A stretch of 32,000 bases of DNA from Coprobacillaceae bacterium (GCA_963675915.1 OY780959.1:960001-992000), one strand, 5' to 3'; positions 1 to 9,447 are shown, counted from the first letter of the stretch. Notes: generated by a model not told the origin, from the sequence alone. A program made the numbers and translations.

Positions 1-1
1 C

Positions 2-658
2 GACTACACCATCTATGATTACAAAACCGCCCTGGCCGAGGAGTTCATTCCCGAAGGATACAAGGTGTTTTGGGGCATGGAAGATTCCAAAACTTATCAG
101 TACGCCACCACAATCCTCGAAAAAATCTCCCAGGAGGACCAGCCGTTCAACTTTGTGATGGAAACTGCCAATACCCATACTCCTGCAGGTTATCTTGAAC
201 CAGGAGTCCCGGAACCCTACGATGATCAGTATTCCAATGTCATCGCAGATGCATCAACCCAGATCATGGCTTTTCTTGATTACCTGAAAGATCAGGACTA
301 TTATCAAAATACCACCGTCATCATTGTCGGTGATCATCTGAGCATGTATGACGAGTATTTTGACGACATTGATGAAACCTATCTTAGGACCCCGGTCAAT
401 CTGATCATCAACTCCCCGGCTACACCTCAGTTAACCACCAACCGCCTCTTTAGCGCCGTTGATATGTTTCCAACCACTATCGCGGCCATCGGCGGAGTCA
501 TTGAAGGCGACCGTCTTGGACTGGGCGTCAATCTTTTCAGTGATCAAAAGACCCTGATTGAAAAATACGGTTTTGGTTATCTTAACCGGGAAATCCAGAA
601 ATCATCCGATTTCTATGAACGAAACTTTGTCGCTCCAGACTGTTGTCCCTGCAAGTAA
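2..658 (+). CDS. LTA synthase / sulfatase-superfamily membrane phosphotransferase, C-terminal part (5' end outside window)
   Basis: The reading frame is open from base 2 (DYTIYDYKTALAEEF...), so the M at 65 is internal. Motifs FVMETANTHTPAGY, TVIIVGDHLSM and VDMFPTTIAAIGG match by eye the extracellular alkaline-phosphatase-like domain of LtaS-family enzymes. A strong terminator follows. Confidence 0.7.
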   Translation, partial: DYTIYDYKTALAEEFIPEGYKVFWGMEDSKTYQYATTILEKISQEDQPFNFVMETANTHTPAGYLEPGVPEPYDDQYSNVIADASTQIMAFLDYLKDQDYYQNTTVIIVGDHLSMYDEYFDDIDETYLRTPVNLIINSPATPQLTTNRLFSAVDMFPTTIAAIGGVIEGDRLGLGVNLFSDQKTLIEKYGFGYLNREIQKSSDFYERNFVAPDCCPCK

Positions 659-662
659 GCTT

Positions 663-699
663 AAAATAGCCAAGTCCCTTTGGATTTGGCTATTTTTAT
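663..699 (+). terminator. rho-independent terminator
   Basis: AAAATAGCCAAGTCC-CTTT-GGATTTGGCTATTTT forms a 12-15 bp stem (one G-T pair) running into a T-run. It starts 5 nt after the stop codon at 656-658. Confidence 0.8.
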
Positions 700-797
700 A
701 TTGATTACCAATCACCAATCAATTATGATGTAGGTAACGAATGTGAATTTAATTACAGCCAGTGATTATATTCCAGTTAGGAAAGGTGGAGTGGCCA

Positions 798-1853
798 ATG
801 ATCAAGAATACATATCACGGTATTGATTTCATGAAGTTCATCTGTGCCTTTTTGGTAATAGCCGTCCATACCGATATCTTCAGCGACATCAATCCCGACC
901 TGCGCTTTGTGGTAGTCCATATTCTGGCCCGGATTGCAGTTCCCTTTTTCAGTGTGTGTGCCGGCTATTTCTTCACCGCTAAGATGGCTCGGGTCGAAAA
1001 CCCGTCCCGGTATGCCAAAACTTATCTCAAACGGCTTTTGTTGCTTTATCTAGGCTGGAGTCTGGTCTATTTCGCCTATGACTTCATCTATATCCTCAAT
1101 TACATCGATCCCCCAGTAGTCTTCTATAGTGCCAACAGTTTCATTGATGCCATCTTGAAGTATCTGGTTTTGTTTGTGTTCTTCGGCAGCCATTATCATC
1201 TCTGGTTCATTCCGGCTTTGATTTTGGCAATTGCTTTGCTGTATCTGGCTATCAGATTCAATAAGATCGCCCTATTTGCAGTTATTTCAGGTCTTTGTTA
1301 TCTTTTTGGCTTATCAGGCAATTCCTATTATGGACTAAACGGGCAGATCAAAGGGCTCCGTCCGATTTACGAGACTTATTTCCAGGTAATGTTCACCACC
1401 AGAAATGGCCTTTTTTTCGCCTTTGGCTTTGTCATGATGGGGGCATTGCTCTATTATTTGCCCGCCAAGTTAAACAGCAGAACCTATCTCATTGGCTATC
1501 TGGTTGCAACCGCAATGCTTATTGGCGAGGTTTTGACGTTACGGACATTCGGGCTTCTCTATGATGTTGACATGTATGTAATGATGATCCCGGCGGCCTG
1601 GTTTGTCTTTAGGTATCTTGCCTCTTACAACCCCGAAAAAAGACTCCTGGAACGGTTTGACTTCCGGCGCTATTCAATTGGAATATACTTTATCCACGGC
1701 CTTTTTATCATCCTGTATCACCAAATCTTGGAACTGGCGGGGTTGGAAAACGCCGGAACCTTGGTTTTCCTGTTGGTATCGCTTAGCTCAATGGGCGTTA
1801 TCTGGCTTACTCAACGATTCCAGATTCCCTATCTGGTCAAACTGGTCCAATAA
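798..1853 (+). CDS. acyltransferase family 3 (integral-membrane O-acyltransferase)
   Basis: The ORF opens at GTG 762, but ATG 798 has an AAGGTGGAG SD 6 nt upstream. The protein is multi-helix and hydrophobic. HGIDFMKFICAFLVIAVH and RIAVPFF motifs are typical of Acyl_transf_3 (OatA/WecH-like) proteins. Confidence 0.8.
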   Translation: MIKNTYHGIDFMKFICAFLVIAVHTDIFSDINPDLRFVVVHILARIAVPFFSVCAGYFFTAKMARVENPSRYAKTYLKRLLLLYLGWSLVYFAYDFIYILNYIDPPVVFYSANSFIDAILKYLVLFVFFGSHYHLWFIPALILAIALLYLAIRFNKIALFAVISGLCYLFGLSGNSYYGLNGQIKGLRPIYETYFQVMFTTRNGLFFAFGFVMMGALLYYLPAKLNSRTYLIGYLVATAMLIGEVLTLRTFGLLYDVDMYVMMIPAAWFVFRYLASYNPEKRLLERFDFRRYSIGIYFIHGLFIILYHQILELAGLENAGTLVFLLVSLSSMGVIWLTQRFQIPYLVKLVQ

Positions 1854-1856
1854 ATC

Positions 1857-1902
1857 AAAAAAAGTGATTGGAGATCAATTAAAGATCAGCCAATCACTTT
1901 TT
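1857..1902. terminator. bidirectional rho-independent terminator shared by convergent genes
   Basis: A7 / AAGTGATTGG / 18-nt loop / CCAATCACTT / T5. The 10-bp stem is flanked by an A-run and a T-run and overlaps the stop codon (1894-1896) of the minus-strand gene. Confidence 0.7.
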
Positions 1903-2565
1903 CATTTGCAGTCGCTCAAGTTTGGCGGCCAGTTTATGTTCGAAATCATCGATATTATCTTCGAGAAAGTCATCCATTTCCGTTTTGGTCAGATACCGAT
2001 ATTCGCGGTTTAGATCCCGGATGGGATGGTCATAAAACTTGACGATATATTCAACTTGTTTATATACCGCTCCTTTAGGATAGTAGTCAAGATAATCCGG
2101 GAAGTCCGTGATTTGGCAAAAAACCTGGTAAAACAGACTTGAGGGATTATTGGCGAAATAAAGATGATCCTGATCATACCAGTCCTTCTTGATAGTCCAG
2201 ATAAAATCATTATTCTCATGAAGCGGAGCATAACAAGGATCGTTATCGATTTTGCCCTGGATCAGATAGGAAAATTCCTTGTCCGTGAGCAGATGGACAT
2301 AATAGCCCAGATAAAACGACATCTGTTTGATATCGCCGCTGAATTCGACCAAATATTCCTGGGCGAATCTTTCGGCTTCAATATTAAGCTTGCTGCCATC
2401 ACACCAGTGCGAAATCTGAGGCGGGGGATCGAAAACGGTGAAATCCTCGTTGGGAATCCCGCAGTCCGGTCCGATATTACCGACCAGAAAACTCTCCCGA
2501 TCAAGCAGATAACCGTTTTTCAAAATCCGCTCGGCAATGCGCAAATGTAAACCCCAGGTTGCCAT
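1894..2565 (-). CDS. hypothetical protein, zinc-dependent phospholipase C-like fold suspected
   Basis: 223-aa ORF with a GAGGAGGG SD 4 nt before the ATG. WGLHLRIAE, GNIGPDCG, ISHW and YYVHLLTD resemble the metal-ligand pattern of Zn_dep_PLPC-family proteins. The family call is by eye only. Confidence 0.5.
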   Translation of the reverse strand: MATWGLHLRIAERILKNGYLLDRESFLVGNIGPDCGIPNEDFTVFDPPPQISHWCDGSKLNIEAERFAQEYLVEFSGDIKQMSFYLGYYVHLLTDKEFSYLIQGKIDNDPCYAPLHENNDFIWTIKKDWYDQDHLYFANNPSSLFYQVFCQITDFPDYLDYYPKGAVYKQVEYIVKFYDHPIRDLNREYRYLTKTEMDDFLEDNIDDFEHKLAAKLERLQMKK

Positions 2566-2653
2566 GATATCCCTCCTCGCCTTGAAAGTTTATCAATATG
2601 ATAGCACCAAATCCCGGATTTTTCCACTGATAATAACGATGAAAATCAATTTA

Positions 2654-3478
2654 TCATAACTTATGGTAGCGCGGTTCCATTCCTTCGAAGGTACAGTGAT
2701 ACTCAAAGCCCAATTCTTTAAGCAGGTTTTTGACATGATCGATATTGCTGCCCAGATGGTCTTGGTGATGAGAGTCACTTCCGATCGTCACGATTTTCCC
2801 ACCCAAATCAAGATACATTTTCAATATCTCGGTTGAAGGCATCAGATCTTCGAAACCATAGCGGAAGCTTGAAGTGTTGACTTCGATTCCTTTGCCATCT
2901 CCAACCACAACCTGCAAAATCTCCTTGATGATCGGTTTGACTTTTCTAAACGGATAGAGTCCTTTTTTGTCGTAGCGCTTGATCAAATCAAGATGGCCCA
3001 GAACACTGTAGTTTTTGTAGGCCTTGACCACTTTGAGTAGTTCATGATAATACCCCTCGTTGTACTGTTTTTGACTTTTCCCTTTTTGGAAATCCTGAGT
3101 CCAGAACTCCAGGTTTTCCACCTGATGACATGACAGGATAATGAAATCAAAGTCATATTTGTAGAACAATTCCTCATACAATGGAATCGTATGGGTCTGG
3201 ACCCCAAATTCCAGACCTTTTTTTATTTTGATTTTCTCGCCATACACTTTGGACAACTGGTCGATTTCCTCAAGATAACTAGGATAATCGACATTCATGA
3301 TGTAATTGATTTTGTCGGCGATACTTAGATTATGATGATCAAGTTTGATGCCGTAATCGACGTGATCGCAAAAACAGATTTCATCAAGCTGCAAATCAAT
3401 CGCATCCAGGACCACATCCCGCATCAGATAATTCGAATCATCGCTGTAATTACTGTGAACATGATAATCAGATCTCAT
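2654..3478 (-). CDS. histidinol-phosphatase, HisJ / PHP family
   Basis: The N-terminus MRSDYHVHSNYSDDS carries the PHP H-x-H. CFCDHVDYG, LSCHQ, LGHLDL and IGSDSHH match the PHP metal ligands of HisJ-type histidinol phosphatases. An AGAGGGA SD is present. Confidence 0.85.
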   Translation of the reverse strand: MRSDYHVHSNYSDDSNYLMRDVVLDAIDLQLDEICFCDHVDYGIKLDHHNLSIADKINYIMNVDYPSYLEEIDQLSKVYGEKIKIKKGLEFGVQTHTIPLYEELFYKYDFDFIILSCHQVENLEFWTQDFQKGKSQKQYNEGYYHELLKVVKAYKNYSVLGHLDLIKRYDKKGLYPFRKVKPIIKEILQVVVGDGKGIEVNTSSFRYGFEDLMPSTEILKMYLDLGGKIVTIGSDSHHQDHLGSNIDHVKNLLKELGFEYHCTFEGMEPRYHKL

Positions 3479-3526
3479 ATAATTCCCTCTTTCCTTATTT
3501 TCCCATAATTTTTAGTACATAAAATA

Positions 3527-3535
3527 ATTATATCA
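3527..3535 (-). promoter_or_regulatory. candidate extended -10 element for the histidinol-phosphatase gene
   Basis: The minus strand reads TGATATAAT (TGn+TATAAT) about 50 nt upstream of ATG 3478. There is no convincing -35. Confidence 0.35.
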
Positions 3536-3623
3536 TAAAGAAAAACAAAAATTAACAAGTTACCTTTTTTTGAAAAAAAATACCCGTAAAATCGTTTACA
3601 TGTTTCGTCCAAGGCTAAATTAT

Positions 3624-3656
3624 AAAAAATAAAAGAAACAGCTAAGCTGTTTCTTG
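3624..3656 (-). terminator. rho-independent terminator of the MFS gene
   Basis: AGAAACAGC-TAA-GCTGTTTCT forms a 9-bp stem. On the minus strand it is followed by TTTTATTTTTT, 10 nt after stop 3667. Confidence 0.8.
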
Positions 3657-3666
3657 GAGTTTCCTG

Positions 3667-4818
3667 TCAGTCTTCCTTGAACCTGAAGGCGAAGATCACT
3701 GAAATCAGGGTCGCAATCATTGAAATAAGATAGATAATTCTGAATCCTTCGGTTCCCGGGAAAGTATCCAGGATTCTTCCGGCCGCCACAATGAAAGCCA
3801 GAGCGGCCACCCCACGGGCAAGCATAGCCGAAATTCCATAGGCACTGTTGACATATTTTTCATCAACGATATCGAAGATGATTCTAACTGCGGTAAGAAC
3901 CATGACAATGATGGTCATCCCCTGGAAGAAAAAGACTATCATAATCAAAAACGGCGATGGCAAAGTTGCATACCAGACAAAGCGGATAACCTGGATAATT
4001 CCGGCAAAAATCATCAGATTGCGGTAGCTGAACTTCTTGAAAATCCGATCCGAGAATAGGATGGTCGGAATTTCCGAGAGGACACTCAAAAACAAAGTTG
4101 TTCCCACAATGGTGGTGCTTCCGCCAAGTTCCTGGATGAACAGCGGGAAGTAAGTGAACTGGGCAATAAAAGAGCCTTGGAAAAGACAAAGAATCCCGAC
4201 AAACATCAGATACTTCTTATTATGGATCAAGGCATTGAAGACTTCCTTGGCCGTAACCTTTTCGTCTTCATGAGCAGTCTTGGGAACCGCATCGATCATC
4301 CCGATAAAGCCGATAATAGTGATTCCAATCGCCCCGGCGAAAATGTAGTAATTTAGAATCGTCGAGATATTGTCATAAATATAACCGGCAAGTTGGGCGG
4401 CGATGGCAAACATAACCGAACCCCAGACTCTGATAGTTCCAAATGAGTATTCGCTTTCCAAAGCCAAGCGGTCCGACAGGGCAACAGTTCCGTTGAAAAA
4501 GCCCTGAGTGAAACCATTCATCAAAAACAGGAAGATGAACGACTTGGTATGGCCGAAAATCAAACCACTGACAATCGCCATTGCCAGACAGACGATTCCG
4601 ACCTTTTTAGGCGAGCGAATCTTGTCGGCGAAAAAACCAGCCAAAGGCTGGAACACCAGCGAGAACAGGGCCGCGGCCGAGGTAATCAAAGAAATCTGGG
4701 TAGCTGAACTTCCTTTACCGGCCAGAACTACCGAAATAATGGAGATGAACATCCCAAACGAAAAATAAAACATTCCATTGGACATGGCATAGTAAAAATA
4801 ACTTCCTCTTTTAAGCAT
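3667..4818 (-). CDS. MFS transporter (12-TM, LacY / nucleoside-H+ symporter-like)
   Basis: The hydrophobic helix pattern runs throughout. The ORF opens at ATG 4845, but ATG 4818 (MLKRGSYFYY...) has a GAGGGAG SD 6 nt upstream. The substrate cannot be inferred. Confidence 0.8.
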   Translation of the reverse strand: MLKRGSYFYYAMSNGMFYFSFGMFISIISVVLAGKGSSATQISLITSAAALFSLVFQPLAGFFADKIRSPKKVGIVCLAMAIVSGLIFGHTKSFIFLFLMNGFTQGFFNGTVALSDRLALESEYSFGTIRVWGSVMFAIAAQLAGYIYDNISTILNYYIFAGAIGITIIGFIGMIDAVPKTAHEDEKVTAKEVFNALIHNKKYLMFVGILCLFQGSFIAQFTYFPLFIQELGGSTTIVGTTLFLSVLSEIPTILFSDRIFKKFSYRNLMIFAGIIQVIRFVWYATLPSPFLIMIVFFFQGMTIIVMVLTAVRIIFDIVDEKYVNSAYGISAMLARGVAALAFIVAAGRILDTFPGTEGFRIIYLISMIATLISVIFAFRFKED

Positions 4819-4953
4819 CGCAATCTCCCTCGTTTCCAAAACCATCCCCGATGATGATTTTTGTGTGTATTAATATTAAATCACACTTCAACTCAAGTAA
4901 TCGGTTATTTTTTGATTTTGAAAAACAAATGACAACATATTGTCTTATATGTC

Positions 4954-4991
4954 AAAAAAGCGTTCTGCCATGAGAATCGGCGGGACGCTTT
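4954..4991 (-). terminator. rho-independent terminator of the NERD gene
   Basis: AAAGCGTTCTGCC / 9-nt loop / GGCGGGACGCTTT forms a 13-bp stem (2 G-T pairs). On the minus strand it runs into TTTTTT. Confidence 0.65.
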
Positions 4992-5066
4992 AAAAATATT
5001 ATGAACCCGGTTAATCCTTAACCTCGGGCTGGAAAATAATTTTTAACCCCCAATCAAAATAGATAA

Positions 5067-5762
5067 TCAACGAAGCGAAGCATTATTGATTTGATTATAA
5101 AGCTCGCTCAGTTCCCCAGAATCAATGTACTCGCGGTCATTGGATTTGATCCAGGCTGCCAGTTCACTGTCACGGAGTACTTTCGATCCGGTTTCGACTT
5201 GCATATTGGCTCCCCGACCGTAAACCACCACCGGCATAAAATAGTGATTGGGCGCGTTGGTGATTCGCTCAAGGTTGTCAATCTGATCATAAGCGACCTT
5301 GATGGGATTGCGCATCCTGGTCTGTTCATGGCGAGACTCGACACTCCAGGAATCGGCATATTCGCTCCCCTGAACGGTTCCGCTTTGATCAAAAGCAACT
5401 ATCACAAAAATACCGGATTTAGAAAAGACCACCCCATCGAGTTGGGAAACTCCATATTTGTCTTCTAGCTTCAAATCGGTAAGAATCCGGTAGTCAGATC
5501 CGGGAAGCTGGTTGAGCCCGCCAAGCAAGGGATGATGATTGCCGATAGTTGTTTGGCTGTAACTGCTTGGTCTTTTGGTCATATTGGCATACTCCCGGGT
5601 TTTGGCCAGACTCTCCTTAATCTTGGTAAAATCACCTGATTTGCGATTGCTAAACAGTTTTAGAATCCGGCCCAGGATAATTACGAAGAAAAAAGCCGAA
5701 ACCAGTTGAAAAAGAATCGGGATTAGAAAAAAGCCCCCGTTGAAAATCGGATTTATGTACAT
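5067..5762 (-). CDS. membrane-anchored NERD (nuclease-related) domain protein
   Basis: AAGGAGG SD 7 nt upstream. An N-terminal TM helix spans aa ~10-33. The segment YRILTDLKLE..QLDGVVFSKSGIFVIVAFDQSGTV..SW..NPIKVAYDQ follows the NERD-domain layout. Confidence 0.7.
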   Translation of the reverse strand: MYINPIFNGGFFLIPILFQLVSAFFFVIILGRILKLFSNRKSGDFTKIKESLAKTREYANMTKRPSSYSQTTIGNHHPLLGGLNQLPGSDYRILTDLKLEDKYGVSQLDGVVFSKSGIFVIVAFDQSGTVQGSEYADSWSVESRHEQTRMRNPIKVAYDQIDNLERITNAPNHYFMPVVVYGRGANMQVETGSKVLRDSELAAWIKSNDREYIDSGELSELYNQINNASLR

Positions 5763-5842
5763 CTTGATTCCTCCTTAATTGCGAAAAGGCAATTTTCGAA
5801 TGTCCGCCAATCAAAAATCACCTAATCGTTATGTTCTATTTG

Positions 5843-6757
5843 TTACCAAAGTTTTTCAGGGTATGCGCCCTGAGCAATCAAATCATTAAGCTGTTCGATT
5901 ACCGAATCCTTATCGGCCTGATAAGTTACACCGAACCATTTATCCCGCGTTTCCAGCATTTTCACATCAGCTGTTTCGTTTTGAATCAACTCGTCGATGA
6001 AAATCGGTAACAGGTATTCTTCAGTAAGTTCATCCTTGTCTTCTTTAGCCAAGAAATCAGTGAAACCCTGATCCAGTTTTGCGATGAAATCAGGATAGCC
6101 ACCCCACATGTTCATTGACACATGGCTGTCCATTTCCACTGCCACATCGGTTCCATTGCCGTTGTGTTCAATCACACCTTGGGAATTCTTCATGATTCCT
6201 TTGGTTTCAATTACTTGTGAAAGCAAATGGTATTCATCCACCACACATACGCCACGGGTAACTGCCCCATTGTCGCTTAAAGTGTTTTTCAAAATGAATC
6301 CGGCCATGCACAGATTGATCTCCTTGTCACTCTCACAACCGTTGGTAAGGTGTTCGTAGATCAATTTGAAGGCAGTTTTACCATAGTAGTCATCGGCATT
6401 GATAATGACAAAAGGTTCCTTGACCACGTCCTTACAACAAAGGACTGCCTGTCCGGTTCCCCATGGTTTTTTTCTTCCCTCAGGAAGAGTGAAACCATCC
6501 GGAAGGTCGTCAAGTTCCTGGAAGACATACTCAACATCGATCACTTCGCTTACCCGGTCCCCGACAGTCTTTCTTACGATTTCTTCAAGATCCTTGCGGA
6601 TGATGAAAACGACTTTGTCGAATCCAGCTTCTTTGGCATCATAGATTGAATATTCCATCAGAATTTCTCCGCTTGGTCCCATTTTCTCCAATTGTTTGAT
6701 ACCTCCGCCATAACGGCTTCCCATACCAGCCGCCATGATGATTAATGTTGCACTCAT
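5843..6757 (-). CDS. sugar-phosphate nucleotidyltransferase family protein
   Basis: The N-terminal IIMAAGMGSRYGGGIKQL is the G-x-G-x-R nucleotide-binding loop of NTP_transferase-fold enzymes. A GAAGGGGAG SD is present. Sugar specificity is not inferable. Confidence 0.75.
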   Translation of the reverse strand: MSATLIIMAAGMGSRYGGGIKQLEKMGPSGEILMEYSIYDAKEAGFDKVVFIIRKDLEEIVRKTVGDRVSEVIDVEYVFQELDDLPDGFTLPEGRKKPWGTGQAVLCCKDVVKEPFVIINADDYYGKTAFKLIYEHLTNGCESDKEINLCMAGFILKNTLSDNGAVTRGVCVVDEYHLLSQVIETKGIMKNSQGVIEHNGNGTDVAVEMDSHVSMNMWGGYPDFIAKLDQGFTDFLAKEDKDELTEEYLLPIFIDELIQNETADVKMLETRDKWFGVTYQADKDSVIEQLNDLIAQGAYPEKLW

Positions 6758-6940
6758 ACTTTACTCCCCTTCTATTTAGATTAACTCCTATGGTATCACA
6801 ATGTGGGGTAAAATACTATCCAAAATTACACTATTGTACAATTTTTCCATCAATATCCTGTAAGTGCCTATTATATCTTAAGATTTACTTAAGAGTTTAT
6901 TAAGAGGTCCTGAAGCAAATTGCTCGACTGAACATCTCCC

Positions 6941-7387
6941 CTAAAGCTCACTTTTATTGATTTTGGCTAGTCCCCGATAGCCCAGAATTCCCACCAAGGC
7001 TCCGGCACTATCGATCAATACGTCAGTGACTCCCGGACCCCGACCGGGGACAAACATCTGATGGACTTCATCCGATATGGCATAAATGATACAAATCAAG
7101 ACTGCTGTTTTAATGCCGCTGATCCCACTACGAGTCAGGGCATTGACAACCAACAAGCCCAGGATCAGATAACTGGAGAAATGGGCGCATTTGCGAATCA
7201 GGTGATCGGTGATAATCCAATCGAAACCCATAGCGAGCTGATCGACGATTTTCACGATTACTTGGGTGAATGAGTTGCTAAGACCCGCTGATTGGGCAGC
7301 CACTTGGGCTGAAAGCTTAAAAATCAGCAGCATCCAAAACAGTACCGCCATCCATGACAGGGCAATAATAATATGGTTTTTCTTCAT
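6941..7387 (-). CDS. VanZ family protein
   Basis: 148 aa with 4 TM helices. RKCAHFSSYLILGLL and DEVHQMFVPGRGPGVTDVLIDSAGALVG are signature VanZ-like motifs. Confidence 0.85.
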   Translation of the reverse strand: MKKNHIIIALSWMAVLFWMLLIFKLSAQVAAQSAGLSNSFTQVIVKIVDQLAMGFDWIITDHLIRKCAHFSSYLILGLLVVNALTRSGISGIKTAVLICIIYAISDEVHQMFVPGRGPGVTDVLIDSAGALVGILGYRGLAKINKSEL

Positions 7388-7479
7388 GTAATATTTTCCT
7401 TTTCGTTGATATTTAAGGTTTGGTCTTCCCGCCAGTTACACTTACAGCGAAGGGAAAACCAAGCGCCGGATTTACGACC

Positions 7480-9447
7480 CTATTTGCCAATCAAATCCTT
7501 CAAGCCTTCGTAGATCATCACCATCGCCAAGGTGTCCAACTCGCAATACCGCAGCAACGCCTGTTCAATCTGGGTCCTTTCAATCGCGCTCATCTGTTCA
7601 AACTGCATCCGGGCATAGGCAATCAAGGCCGCTCCGCCGTTTTGGAGGCGATCGTTATCGACAAGCAGTTCCAGCTCCTCAGGATCGATGTCTTCGAACA
7701 TCGATGGCAGCAGTTGGTAAGGGTCGATCACCTGATCACCGTCGAACTCGACCCAGATTTTATCCTGGTAGTTCAAACTTTTAATCCCCCCGACGGCACC
7801 ATAGATTGGCTGGGCGTATTTGGTTTGAAGATAAGCGGAGCTGTTTAGAATCGCCGGCAGGACATATTTGATTGAATTGGAACCCTTGGTGAACGGGTCA
7901 TAATAATACTTTTTGATCACAACGCAGAGATCGACCATATTGCGTTCACCTTCCCAGCTTCCGTTACTTGAACCGCTCGATTTGGTGATTGTCTTGATAA
8001 AGGCGCTCAGTTCCTCCCGGTCTGGGACCGTCTTATCCCTTTGAAGCTGGGAGTAGATGAAATTAAGATAAGTGTTTTCATGCGCGGCATACCTGAAGAT
8101 TGTCCCCTGATCGGTTTCGAGTTGTTTTTTCAACTCCCGGACAAATTCATAGTTGGGGAAAAATCCCGGCGTGGCATTGAGATATTCGCCCCTGTGTTCG
8201 ATGGTGCCGTCTTGATAGATGACATGATGGGAAAACTGAAAGGCAATCGCCTCATAAGGGTGGCGCCCCTTGGTGAAGGGTATCGCCACTGCTGAAGTTT
8301 CAAAATCAATGAAATGAAGCGGGAATTTCCAATGGTCCATTTCTGCTTTGATTCGCTCCTTGTTGAGCCAGGGACTTTTGTCATTGGTTTTCACTTTTTC
8401 AATCTGGAGCCATTGACGCTGGCTGGTAGTCAGACTTGAACCATCAAAAGCTTCAACCCCGAGGTCCTCAGCCTCAATATCCTTGAGTTTGATCAGGCCC
8501 TCCTGGAAAAACCTGTCTTTATAACGGAAGTTCCACAGTTCCAGGACTGTCTGATCATTGAAGTCTTCATCGCTCCAGCCCAGCTGCTCTTTAAAACACT
8601 CATGATAGCCGCTAAGATGGTTCGCATCAATTTGATCAAGGCCACATCGAAATTCGCAATCGCCGCATTTTTGGCCCAGTCCGGTGGCAATTTTGGTATT
8701 GGTTTTGAGCTGGGTGGCCAGATAACTGATCCGGCCGTGATAATCAAGATTTTCCTGATTGATTCGATATTTGGTGTCATAGATAATCCGGCACGCCTCT
8801 TCAACGTTAAGCTTGATTAAAATCGGTGTGGCCAGATCTTCATCATTCACCAAATCCAAGATGGTCACCTGAGTGCGCCCCCGGTCATCTTTGGTCAATC
8901 TGAATTTCTGGTTGAGTCCGGATACCGGACAACGGGCCGATTTGTCGACCACCATCAAGTTGGCGCTGACATAGCTGTCGGGATAGGCCTGTATGACCAC
9001 ATGTTTCTGGAATGCGATATCCTCGAGATATTCCTTCCACGCGCTTTTGAGGCCACCTTTTTTGGTATAGAAGCTGTCACGATTGGGATTGAAGGACTTG
9101 GCCTTGACCTCGATCAATTCCAGCTGATTGCCGTCCTTTTTAAGGATATCAACCCGGACCAAAAGATTGTCGAATCGAATTGCCGCTTCATAGATGATGA
9201 CTTGATCCTGTTCTAGCAATTTGGTGGTCTTACTAACGGCCGCTTCGATATCAAGGGTTTCAATCATCACTCCCCCGGGGATATAACAGGTAGCCAGCGC
9301 CCCCACTTGAAAGCCACCTTCAGCCAATGACTGCAAAAACGAGTCCTCGATATTCTTGTTGACATATTCGCGGTTGGTCGCATAGTACAGTTTGGTCGGA
9401 CAGGTCAGCGCCTGTTTGAAAATAGATTTGGTCAGATATCTGGTCAT
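7480..9447 (-). CDS. DUF2779 domain protein (N-terminal PD-(D/E)xK nuclease-like with Cys cluster, C-terminal DnaQ/RNase-H-like)
   Basis: GGGGGA SD. The N-terminus LTKSIFKQALTCPTKLYY is typical of DUF2779. VDIL...ELIEVKA gives D-x(n)-E-x-K. CGDCEFRC (8644-8667) plus C16 forms the Cys cluster. HFIDFETS and ELDTLAM resemble exonuclease acidic motifs. Confidence 0.75.
   Translation of the reverse strand: MTRYLTKSIFKQALTCPTKLYYATNREYVNKNIEDSFLQSLAEGGFQVGALATCYIPGGVMIETLDIEAAVSKTTKLLEQDQVIIYEAAIRFDNLLVRVDILKKDGNQLELIEVKAKSFNPNRDSFYTKKGGLKSAWKEYLEDIAFQKHVVIQAYPDSYVSANLMVVDKSARCPVSGLNQKFRLTKDDRGRTQVTILDLVNDEDLATPILIKLNVEEACRIIYDTKYRINQENLDYHGRISYLATQLKTNTKIATGLGQKCGDCEFRCGLDQIDANHLSGYHECFKEQLGWSDEDFNDQTVLELWNFRYKDRFFQEGLIKLKDIEAEDLGVEAFDGSSLTTSQRQWLQIEKVKTNDKSPWLNKERIKAEMDHWKFPLHFIDFETSAVAIPFTKGRHPYEAIAFQFSHHVIYQDGTIEHRGEYLNATPGFFPNYEFVRELKKQLETDQGTIFRYAAHENTYLNFIYSQLQRDKTVPDREELSAFIKTITKSSGSSNGSWEGERNMVDLCVVIKKYYYDPFTKGSNSIKYVLPAILNSSAYLQTKYAQPIYGAVGGIKSLNYQDKIWVEFDGDQVIDPYQLLPSMFEDIDPEELELLVDNDRLQNGGAALIAYARMQFEQMSAIERTQIEQALLRYCELDTLAMVMIYEGLKDLIGK

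Noticed and set aside
1295-2013. Plus-strand ORFs 1295..1564 and 1603..2013, overlapping the acyltransferase gene in other frames and crossing its terminator.
   Set aside because: They are out-of-frame overlaps of a strongly supported membrane-protein CDS. The second reads through a bidirectional terminator and into the convergent gene. Neither has an SD.
5067-9447. The idea that the NERD protein, nucleotidyltransferase, VanZ and DUF2779 form one defence operon or island (for example a CBASS-like NTase plus nucleases).
   Set aside because: The nucleotidyltransferase has the sugar-phosphate NTP_transferase G-x-G-x-R loop, not a Pol-beta/CD-NTase fold. The genes are separated by 80-183-nt spacers with their own SDs, and VanZ is an ordinary envelope gene. 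Co-orientation alone is not evidence in a region where nearly all genes share a strand.
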